From the NCBI GenBank assembly GCA_964016885.1, contig OZ024743.1, forward strand, positions 211,854,001 through 211,918,000: a stretch of DNA of 64,000 nt, given 5' to 3'. Below are positions 1 through 11,162 of this stretch, piece by piece. How positions within the stretch are numbered: the stretch's first letter is position 1; the number at the start of each line of letters is the position of its first letter. This DNA comes from Eledone cirrhosa. Lineage: Eukaryota. Under the pieces are notes generated by a model that saw only the letters and a list, made by a program, of their open reading frames with translations, ran no database searches and was not told the origin of the DNA. Made by a program: the position numbers and the translations under genes.

Positions 1-613
1 ACATAGCCAATGAGTGTCTGCACATGTACCAGTAATTACAGATCGATCCGACCAGGGGCGGCCGGCCCACAATCGAAAAGGTTACTCCGCCTGCAAATCG
101 TCATTTTCGGATTCGTTTTCTTCGAAGCACACCATTCGCCGCCGGACTTCAGCTGCCTCATTTAGCATGGGCAGTTTTTTTTGAAAATCACACCACACAC
201 AACCAATGTGTGTCTGCACATGTACCAGTAATTACAGATCGATCCCCCCACGGGCGGCCGGCCCACAATCGAAAAGGTTACTCCGCCTGCAAATCGTCAT
301 TTTCGGATTCGTTTTCTTCGAAGCACACCATTCGCCGGCGGACTTCAGCTGCCTCATTTAGCATGGGCAGTTTTTCTTGAAGATCACACCACACACAGCC
401 AATGAGTGTCTGCACATGTACCAGTAATTAGAGATCGATCCGACCACGGGCGGCCGGCCCACGATCGAGAAAAAGGTAACTCCGCCGGCAAATCGTCATT
501 TTTGTGATCCGTTTTCTTCGAAGCACACCATTCGCCGCCGGACTTCAGCTGCCTCAGTTAGCATGGGCAGTTTTTTTTGAAAATCACACCACACACAACC
601 AATGTGTGTCTGC

Positions 614-810
614 ACATGTACCAGTAATTACAGATCGATCTGACCACGGGCGGCCGGCCCGCGATTGAAAAGGTAACTCCGCCGGCAAATCGTCATTTTT
701 GTGATTCGTTTTCTTCGAAGCACACCATTCGCCGCCGGACTTCAGCTGCCTCATTTAGCATGGGCAGTTTTTTTGGAAAATCACACCACACACAACCAAT
801 GTGTGTCTGC
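614..810 (+). repeat. Example of 197-bp C-X-Y monomer, subtype D
   Basis: Anchors at 614 and 811. Diagnostic bases: CCCGCGATTGAAAAGGTAAC, TTTTTGTGATTCG, and a T-run followed by GAAAATC and AACCAATGTGTGT. Confidence 0.95.
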
Positions 811-978
811 ACATGTACCAGTAATTACAGATCGATCCCACCACGAGTTCAATGTAAACAAACTTACGCTCAACGACTTTGTTGACGTTTAACATGGTTT
901 GGTTCCACAGCCACAACTATTGATTTTACGGAGATATCTTGCTGAAATTCACGCCACACATAGCCAATGAGTGTCTGC
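811..978 (+). repeat. Example of 168-bp C-W-Z monomer (about 31 copies in the window)
   Basis: Anchors at 811 and 979. The core is followed by GAGTTCAATGTAAACAAACTTACGCTCAAC-GACTT-TGTTGACGTTTAAC...GAAATTCACG. Copies counted by eye. Confidence 0.95.
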
Positions 979-1539
979 ACATGTACCAGTAATTACAGAT
1001 CGATCCGACCACGGGCGGCCGGCCCGCGATTGAAAAGGTAACTCCGCCGGCAAATCGTCATTTTTGTGATCCGTTTTCTTCGAAGCACACCATTCGCCGC
1101 CGGACTTCAGCTGCCTCATTTAGCATGGGCAGTCTTTTTTGAAAATCACACCACACACAACCAATGTGTGTCTGCACATGTACCAGTAATTACAGATCGA
1201 TCCGACCACGGGCGGCCGGCCCGCGATTGAAAAGGTAACTCCGCCGGCAAATCGTCATTTTTGTGATTCGTTTTCTTCGAAGCACACCATTCGCCGCCGG
1301 ACTTCAGCTGCCTCATTTAGCATGGGCAGTTTTTTTGAAAATCACACCACACACAACCAATGTGTGTCTGCACATGTACCAGTAATTACAGATCGATCCC
1401 ACCACGAGTTCAATGTAAACAAACTTACGCTCAACGACTTTGTTGACGTTTAACACGGTTTGGTTCCACAGCCACAACTATTGATTTTACGGAGATATCT
1501 TGCTGAAATTCACGCCACACATAGCCAATGAGTGTCTGC

Positions 1540-1994
1540 ACATGTACCAGTAATTACAGATCGATCCGACCAGGGGCGGCCGGCCCGCGATTGAAAAGGT
1601 AACTCCGCCGGCAAATCGTCATTTTTGTGATTCGTTTTCTTCGAAGCACACCATTCGCCGGCGGACTTTGTTGACGTTTAACACGGTTTGGTTCCACAGC
1701 CACAACTATTGATTTTAAGGAGATATCTTGCTGAGATTCACGCCACACATAGCCAATGAGTGTCTGCACATGTACCAGTAATTACAGATCGATCCGACCA
1801 CGGACGGCCGGCCCGCGATTGAAAAGGTAACTCCGCCGGCAAATCGTCATTTTTGGATTCGTTTTCTTCGAAGCACACCATTCGCCGGCGGACTTTGTTG
1901 ACGTTTAACACGGTTTGGTTCCACAGCCACAACTATTGATTTTAAGGAGATATCTTGCTGAGATTCACGCCACACATAGCCAATGAGTGTCTGC
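1540..1994 (+). repeat. Example pair of 228-bp and 227-bp C-X-Z monomers
   Basis: Anchors at 1540, 1768 and 1995. Segment X ends CGCCGGCG-GACTT and continues into Z (TGTTGACG...) instead of Y. Confidence 0.95.
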
Positions 1995-2190
1995 ACATGT
2001 ACCAGTAATTACAGATGGATCCCACCACGGGCGGCCGGCCCACAATCGAAAAGGTTACTCCGCCTGCAAATCGTCATTTTCGGATTCGTTTTCTTCGAAG
2101 CACACCATTCGCCGGCGGACTTCAGCTGCCTCATTTAGCATGGGCAGTTTTTCTTGAAGATCACACCACACACAGCCAATGAGTGTCTGC
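1995..2190 (+). repeat. Example of 196-bp C-X-Y monomer, subtype A (most abundant)
   Basis: ACATGTACCA anchors at 1995 and 2191. Diagnostic bases: CCCACAATCGAAAAGGTTAC, CCTGCAAAT, TTTTCGGATTCG, TTTTTCTTGAAGATC. Confidence 0.95.
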
Positions 2191-2386
2191 ACATGTACCA
2201 GTAATTACAGATGGATCCCACCACGGGCGGCCGGCCCACAATCTGAAAGGTTACTCAGCCTGCAAATCGTCATTTTCGGATTCGTTTTCTTCGAAGCACA
2301 CCATTCGCCGGCGGACTTCAGCTGCCTCATTTAGCATGGGCAGTTTTTCTTGAAGATCAGACCACACACAGCCAATGAGTGTCTGC

Positions 2387-2586
2387 ACATGTACCAGTAA
2401 TTAGAGATCGATCCGACCACGGGCGGCCGGCCCACGATCGAGAAAAAGGTAACTCCGCCGGCAAATCGTCATTTTTGTGATCCGTTTTCTTCGAAGCACA
2501 CCATTCGCCGCCGGACTTCAGCTGCCTCATTTAGCATGGGCAGTTTTTTTTGAAAATCACACCACACACAACCAATGTGTGTCTGC
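2387..2586 (+). repeat. Example of 200-bp C-X-Y monomer, subtype E
   Basis: Anchors at 2387 and 2587. Diagnostic bases: TTAGAGATCG, CCCACGATCGAGAAAAAGGTAAC, GTGATCCG. Confidence 0.95.
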
Positions 2587-5500
2587 ACATGTACCAGTAA
2601 TTACAGATCGATCCCACCACGAGTTCAATGTAAACTAACTTACGCTCAACGACTTTGTTGACGTTTAACACGGTTTGGTTCCACAGCCACAACTATTGAT
2701 TTTAAGGAGATATCTTGCTGAAATTCACGCCACACATAGCCAATGAGTGTCTGCACATGTACCAGTAATTACAGATCGATCCGACCAGGGGCGGCCGGCC
2801 CACAATCGAAAAGGTTACTCCGCCTGCAAATCGTCATTTTCGGATTCGTTTTCTTCGAAGCACACCATTCGCCGCCGGACTTCAGCTGCCTCATTTAGCA
2901 TGGGCAGTTTTTTTTGAAAATCACACCACACACAACCAATGTGTGTCTGCACATGTACCAGTAATTACAGATCGATCCCCCCACGGGCGGCCGGCCCACA
3001 ATCGAAAAGGTTACTCCGCCTGCAAATCGTCATTTTCGGATTCGTTTTCTTCGAAGCACACCATTCGCCGGCGGACTTCAGCTGCCTCATTTAGCATGGG
3101 CAGTTTTTCTTGAAGATCACACCACACACAGCCAATGAGTGTCTGCACATGTACCAGTAATTAGAGATCGATCCGACCACGGGCGGCCGGCCCACGATCG
3201 AGAAAAAGGTAACTCCGCCGGCAAATCGTCATTTTTGTGATCCGTTTTCTTCGAAGCACACCATTCGCCGCCGGACTTCAGCTGCCTCAGTTAGCATGGG
3301 CAGTTTTTTTTGAAAATCACACCACACACAACCAATGTGTGTCTGCACATGTACCAGTAATTACAGATCGATCTGACCACGGGCGGCCGGCCCGCGATTG
3401 AAAAGGTAACTCCGCCGGCAAATCGTCATTTTTGTGATTCGTTTTCTTCGAAGCACACCATTCGCCGCCGGACTTCAGCTGCCTCATTTAGCATGGGCAG
3501 TTTTTTTGGAAAATCACACCACACACAACCAATGTGTGTCTGCACATGTACCAGTAATTACAGATCGATCCCACCACGAGTTCAATGTAAACAAACTTAC
3601 GCTCAACGACTTTGTTGACGTTTAACATGGTTTGGTTCCACAGCCACAACTATTGATTTTACGGAGATATATTGCTGAAATTCACGCCACACATAGCCAA
3701 TGAGTGTCTGCACATGTACCAGTAATTACAGATCGATCCGACCAGGGGCGGCCGGCCCGCGATTGAAAAGGTAACTCCGCCGGCAAATCGTCATTTTTGT
3801 GATTCGTTTTCTTCGAAGCACACCATTCGCCGGCGGACTTTGTTGACGTTTAACACGGTTTGGTTCCACAGCCACAACTATTGATTTTAAGGAGATATCT
3901 TGCTGAAATTCACGCCACACATAGCCAATGAGTGTCTGCACATGTACCAGTAATTACAGATCGATCCGACCACGGACGGCCGGCCCGCGATTGAAAAGGT
4001 AACTCCGCCGGCAAATCGTCATTTTTGGATTCGTTTTCTTCGAAGCACACCATTCGCCGGCGGACTTTGTTGACGTTTAACACGGTTTGGTTCCACAGCC
4101 ACAACTATTGATTTTAAGGAGATATCTTGCTGAGATTCACGCCACACATAGCCAATGAGTGTCTGCACATGTACCAGTAATTACAGATGGATCCCACCAC
4201 GGGCGGCCGGCCCACAATCGAAAAGGTTACTCCGCCTGCAAATCGTCATTTTCGGATTCGTTTTCTTCGAAGCACACCATTCGCCGGCGGACTTCAGCTG
4301 CCTCATTTAGCATGGGCAGTTTTTCTTGAAGATCACACCACACACAGCCAATGAGTGTCTGCACATGTACCAGTAATTACAGATGGATCCCACCACGGGC
4401 GGCCGGCCCACAATCTGAAAGGTTACTCAGCCTGCAAATCGTCATTTTCGGATTCGTTTTCTTCGAAGCACACCATTCGCCGGCGGACTTCAGCTGCCTC
4501 ATTTAGCATGGGCAGTTTTTCTTGAAGATCAGACCACACACAGCCAATGAGTGTCTGCACATGTACCAGTAATTAGAGATCGATCCGACCACGGGCGGCC
4601 GGCCCACGATCGAGAAAAAGGTAACTCCGCCGGCAAATCGTCATTTTTGTGATCCGTTTTCTTCGAAGCACACCATTCGCCGCCGGACTTCAGCTGCCTC
4701 ATTTAGCATGGGCAGTTTTTTTTGAAAATCACACCACACACAACCAATGTGTGTCTGCACATGTACCAGTAATTACAGATCGATCCCACCACGAGTTCAA
4801 TGTAAACTAACTTACGCTCAACGACTTTGTTGACGTTTAACACGGTTTGGTTCCACAGCCACAACTATTGATTTTAAGGAGATATCTTGCTGAAATTCAC
4901 GCCACACATAGCCAATGAGTGTCTGCACATGTACCAGTAATTACAGATCGATCCGACCAGGGGCGGCCGGCCCACAATCGAAAAGGTTACTCCGCCTGCA
5001 AATCGTCATTTTCGGATTCGTTTTCTTCGAAGCACACCATTCGCCGCCGGACTTCAGCTGCCTCATTTAGCATGGGCAGTTTTTTTTGAAAATCACACCA
5101 CACACAACCAATGTGTGTCTGCACATGTACCAGTAATTACAGATCGATCCCCCCACGGGCGGCCGGCCCACAATCGAAAAGGTTACTCCGCCTGCAAATC
5201 GTCATTTTCGGATTCGTTTTCTTCGAAGCACACCATTCGCCGGCGGACTTCAGCTGCCTCATTTAGCATGGGCAGTTTTTCTTGAAGATCACACCACACA
5301 CAGCCAATGAGTGTCTGCACATGTACCAGTAATTAGAGATCGATCCGACCACGGGCGGCCGGCCCACGATCGAGAAAAAGGTAACTCCGCCGGCAAATCG
5401 TCATTTTTGTGATCCGTTTTCTTCGAAGCACACCATTCGCCGCCGGACTTCAGCTGCCTCAGTTAGCATGGGCAGTTTTTTTTGAAAATCACACCACACA

Positions 5501-5605
5501 CAACCAATGTGTGTCTGCACATGTACCAGTAATTACAGATCGATCTGACCACGGGCGGCCGGCCCGCGATTGAAAAGGTAACTCCGCCGGCAAATCGTCA
5601 TTTTT

Positions 5606-8600
5606 GTGATTCGTTTTCTTCGAAGCACACCATTCGCCGCCGGACTTCAGCTGCCTCATTTAGCATGGGCAGTTTTTTTGGAAAATCACACCACACACAA
5701 CCAATGTGTGTCTGCACATGTACCAGTAATTACAGATCGATCCCACCACGAGTTCAATGTAAACAAACTTACGCTCAACGACTTTGTTGACGTTTAACAT
5801 GGTTTGGTTCCACAGCCACAACTATTGATTTTACGGAGATATATTGCTGAAATTCACGCCACACATAGCCAATGAGTGTCTGCACATGTACCAGTAATTA
5901 CAGATCGATCCGACCAGGGGCGGCCGGCCCGCGATTGAAAAGGTAACTCCGCCGGCAAATCGTCATTTTTGTGATTCGTTTTCTTCGAAGCACACCATTC
6001 GCCGGCGGACTTTGTTGACGTTTAACACGGTTTGGTTCCACAGCCACAACTATTGATTTTAAGGAGATATCTTGCTGAAATTCACGCCACACATAGCCAA
6101 TGAGTGTCTGCACATGTACCAGTAATTACAGATCGATCCGACCACGGACGGCCGGCCCGCGATTGAAAAGGTAACTCCGCCGGCAAATCGTCATTTTTGG
6201 ATTCGTTTTCTTCGAAGCACACCATTCGCCGGCGGACTTTGTTGACGTTTAACACGGTTTGGTTCCACAGCCACAACTATTGATTTTAAGGAGATATCTT
6301 GCTGAGATTCACGCCACACATAGCCAATGAGTGTCTGCACATGTACCAGTAATTACAGATGGATCCCACCACGGGCGGCCGGCCCACAATCGAAAAGGTT
6401 ACTCCGCCTGCAAATCGTCATTTTCGGATTCGTTTTCTTCGAAGCACACCATTCGCCGGCGGACTTCAGCTGCCTCATTTAGCATGGGCAGTTTTTCTTG
6501 AAGATCACACCACACACAGCCAATGAGTGTCTGCACATGTACCAGTAATTACAGATGGATCCCACCACGGGCGGCCGGCCCACAATCGGAAAGGTTACTC
6601 CGCCTGCAAATCGTCATTTTCGGATTCGTTTTCTTCGAAGCACACCATTCGCCGGCGGACTTCAGCTGCCTCATTTAGCATGGGCAGTTTTTCTTGAAGA
6701 TCACACCACACACAGCCAATGAGTGTCTGCACATGTACCAGTAATTAGAGATCGATCCGACCACGGGCGGCCGGCCCACGATCGAGAAAAAGGTAACTCC
6801 GCCGGCAAATCGTCATTTTTGTGATCCGTTTTCTTCGAAGCACACCATTCGCCGCCGGACTTCAGCTGCCTCATTTAGCATGGGCAGTTTTTTTTGAAAA
6901 TCACACCACACACAACCAATGTGTGTCTGCACATGTACCAGTAATTACAGATCGATCCGACCACGGGCGGCCGGCCCGCGATTGAAAAGGTAACTCCGCC
7001 GGCAAATCGTCATTTTTGTGATTCGTTTTCTTCGAAGCACACCATTCGCCGCCGGACTTCAGCTGCCTCATTTAACATGGGCAGTTTTTTTTTAAAATCA
7101 CACCACACACAACCAATGTGTTTCTGCACATGTACCAGTAATTACAGATCGATCCCACCACGAGTTCAATGTAAACTAACTTACGCTCAACGACTTTGTT
7201 GACGTTTAACACGGTTTGGTTCCACAGCCACAACTATTGATTTTAAGGAGATATCTTGCTGAAATTCACGCCACACATAGCCAATGAGTGTCTGCACATG
7301 TACCAGTAATTACAGATCGATCCGACCAGGGGCGGCCGGCCCGCGATTGAAAAGGTAACTCCGCCGGCACATCGTCATTTTTGGATTCGTTTTCTTCGAA
7401 GCACACCATTCGCCGGCGGACTTTGTTGACGTTTAACACGGTTTGGTTCCACAGCCACAACTATTGATTTTAAGGAGATATCTTGCTGAAATTCACGCCA
7501 CACATAGCCAATGAGTGTCTGCACATGTACCAGTAATTACAGATCGATCCGACCACGGGCGGCCGGCCCGCGATTGAAAAGGTAATTCCGCCGGCAAATC
7601 GTCATTTTTGTGATCCGTTTTCTTCGAAGCACACCATTCGCCGCCGGACTTCAGCTGCCTCATTTAGCATGGGCAGTTTTTTTTGAAAATCACACCACAC
7701 ACAACCAATGTGTGTCTGCACATGTACCAGTAATTACAGATCGATCCGACCACGGGCGGCCGGCCCGCGATTGAAAAGGTAACTCCGCCGGCAAATCGTC
7801 ATTTTTGTGATTCGTTTTCTTCGAAGCACACCATTCGCCGCCGGACTTCAGCTGCCTCATTTAGCATGGGCAGTTTTTTTGGAAAATCACACCACACACA
7901 ACCAATGTGTGTCTGCACATGTACCAGTAATTACAGATCGATCCCACCACGAGTTCAATGTAAACAAACTTACGCTCAACGACTTTGTTGACGTTTAACA
8001 TGGTTTGGTTCCACAGCCACAACTATTGATTTTACGGAGATATCTTGCTGAAATTCACGCCACACATAGCCAATGAGTGTCTGCACATGTACCAGTAATT
8101 ACAGATCGATCCGACCAGGGGCGGCCGGCCCGCGATTGAAAAGGTAACTCCGCCGGCAAATCGTCATTTTTGTGATTCGTTTTCTTCGAAGCACACCATT
8201 CGCCGGCGGACTTTGTTGACGTTTAACACGGTTTGGTTCCACAGCCACAACTATTGATTTTAAGGAGATATCTTGCTGAAATTCACGCCACACATAGCCA
8301 ATGAGTGTCTGCACATGTACCAGTAATTACAGATCGATCCGACCACGGACGGCCGGCCCGCGATTGAAAAGGTAACTCCGCTGGCAAATCGTCATTTTTG
8401 GATTCGTTTTCTTCGAAGCACACCATTCGCCGGCGGACTTTGTTGACGTTTAACACGGTTTGGTTCCACAGCCACAACTATTGATTTTAAGGAGATATCT
8501 TGCTGAGATTCACGCCACACATAGCCAATGAGTGTCTGCACATGTACCAGTAATTACAGATGGATCCCACCACGGGCGGCCGGCCCACAATCGAAAAGGT

Positions 8601-9527
8601 TACTCCGCCTGCAAATCGTCATTTTCGGATTCGTTTTCTTCGAAGCACACCATTCGCCGGCGGACTTCAGCTGCCTCATTTAGCATGGGCAGTTTTTCTT
8701 GAAGATCACACCACACACAGCCAATGAGTGTCTGCACATGTACCAGTAATTACAGATGGATCCCACCACGGGCGGCCGGCCCACAATCGGAAAGGTTACT
8801 CCGCCTGCAAATCGTCATTTTCGGATTCGTTTTCTTCGAAGCACACCATTCGCCGGCGGACTTCAGCTGCCTCATTTAGCATGGGCAGTTTTTCTTGAAG
8901 ATCACACCACACACAGCCAATGAGTGTCTGCACATGTACCAGTAATTAGAGATCGATCCGACCACGGGCGGCCGGCCCACGATCGAGAAAAAGGTAACTC
9001 CGCCGGCAAATCGTCATTTTTGTGATCCGTTTTCTTCGAAGCACACCATTCGCCGCCGGACTTCAGCTGCCTCATTTAGCATGGGCAGTTTTTTTTGAAA
9101 ATCACACCACACACAACCAATGTGTGTCTGCACATGTACCAGTAATTACAGATCGATCCGACCACGGGCGGCCGGCCCGCGATTGAAAAGGTAACTCCGC
9201 CGGCAAATCGTCATTTTTGTGATTCGTATTCTTCGAAGCACACCATTCGCCGCCGGACTTCAGCTGCCTCATTTAACATGGGCAGTTTTTTTTTAAAATC
9301 ACACCACACACAACCAATGTGTTTCTGCACATGTACCAGTAATTACAGATCGATCCCACCACGAGTTCAATGTAAACTAACTTACGCTCAACGACTTTGT
9401 TGACGTTTAACACGGTTTGGTTCCACAGCCACAACTATTGATTTTAAGGAGATATCTTGCTGAAATTCACGCCACACATAGCCAATGAGTGTCTGCACAT
9501 GTACCAGTAATTACAGATCGATCCGAC
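5606..9527 (+). repeat. 2201-bp 11-monomer higher-order repeat, about 1.8 copies
   Basis: ORF artefacts at 5606/7807, 5898/8099 and 6082/8283. Monomer sum 228+227+196+196+200+197+168+227+197+197+168=2201. Confidence 0.88.
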
Positions 9528-11162
9528 CACGGGCGGCCGGCCCGCGATTGAAAAGGTAATTCCGCCGGCAAATCGTCATTTTTGTGATCCGTTTTCTTCG
9601 AAGCACACCATTCGCCGCCGGACTTCAGCTGCCTCATTTAGCATGGGCAGTTTTTTTTGAAAATCACACCACACACAACCAATGTGTGTCTGCACATGTA
9701 CCAGTAATTACAGATCGATCCGACCACGGGCGGCCGGCCCGCGATTGAAAAGGTAACTCCGCCGGCAAATCGTCATTTTTGTGATTCGTTTTCTTCGAAG
9801 CACACCATTCGCCGCCGGACTTCAGCTGCCTCATTTAGCATGGGCAGTTTTTTTGGAAAATCACACCACACACAACCAATGTGTGTCTGCACATGTACCA
9901 GTAATTACAGATCGATCCCACCACGGGCGGCCGGCCCACAATCGAAAAGGTTACTCCGCCTGCAAATCGTCATTTTCGGATTCGTTTTCTTCGAAGCACA
10001 CCATTCGCCGGCGGACTTCAGCTGCCTCATTTAGCATGGGCAGTTTTTCTTGAAGATCACACCACACACAGCCAATGAGTGTCTGCACATGTACCAGTAA
10101 TTAGAGATCGATCCGACCACGGGCGGCCGGCCCACGATCGAGAAAAAGGTAACTCCGCCGGCAAATCGTCATTTTTGTGATCCGTTTTCTTCGAAGCACA
10201 CCATTCGCCGCCGGACTTCAGCTGCCTCATTTAGCATGGGCAGTTTTTTTTGAAAATCACACCACACACAACCAATGTGTGTCTGCACATGTACCAGTAA
10301 TTACAGATCGATCCCACCACGGGCGGCCGGCCCACAATCGAAAAGGTTACTCCGCCTGCAAATCGTCATTTTCGGATTCGTTTTCTTCGAAGCACACCAT
10401 TCGCCGCCGGACTTCAGCTGCCTCATTTAGCATGGGCAGTTTTTTTTTAAAATCACACCACACACAACCAATGTGTGTCTGCACATGTACCAGTAATTAC
10501 AGATCGATCCCACCACGAGTTCAATGTAAACAAACTTACGCTCAACGACTTTGTTGACGTTTAACACGGTTTGGTTCCACAGCCACAACTATTGATTTTA
10601 CGGAGATATCTTGCTGAAATTCACGCCACACATAGCCAATGTGAGTCTGCACATGTAGCAGTAATTACAGATCGATCCGACCAGGGGCGGCCGGCCCGCG
10701 ATTGAAAAGGTAACTCCGCCGGCAAATCGTCATTTTTGGATTCGCTTTCTTCGAAGCACACCATTCGCCGGCGGACTTTGTTGACGTTTAACACGGTTTG
10801 GTTCCACAGCCACAACTATTGATTTTAAGGAGATATCTTGCTGAAATTCACGCCACACATAGCCAATGAGTGTCTGCACATGTACCAGTAATTACAGATC
10901 GATCCGACCAGGGGCGGCCGGCCCGCGATTGAAAAGGTAACTCCGCCGGCAAATCGTCATTTTTGTGATTCGTTTTCTTCGAAGCACACCATTCGCCGGC
11001 GGACTTTGTTGACGTTTAACACGGTTTGGTTCCACAGCCACAACTATTGATTTTAAGGAGATATCTTGCTGAAATTCACGCCACACATAGCCAATGAGTG
11101 TCTGCACATGTACCAGTAATTACAGATCGATCCGACCACGGACGGCCGGCCCGCGATTGAAG

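Larger units (their letters stand above)
1540..6587 (+). repeat. 2172-bp 11-monomer higher-order repeat, about 2.3 tandem copies
   Basis: Identical ORF artefacts at 1738/3910/6082 and 3434/5606. Monomer sum 228+227+196+196+200+168+196+196+200+197+168=2172. Private variant ATCTGAAAGGTTACTCAGCC occurs at ~2241 and ~4413. Confidence 0.92.

Noticed and set aside
70-190. Phased A/T tracts suggesting bent DNA
   Set aside because: Tracts at about 76, 104, 116 and 175 are too few and not consistently spaced at ~10.5 bp.
853-860. Forkhead-like TGTAAACA motif in W
   Set aside because: It is a single short motif, lost in the common GTAAACTAA variant, with no other support.
1714-1726. Shine-Dalgarno-like TAAGGAGATAT in Z
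   Set aside because: No start codon or ORF follows at a suitable spacing, it varies to TACGGAG, and the context is a eukaryote-like satellite.
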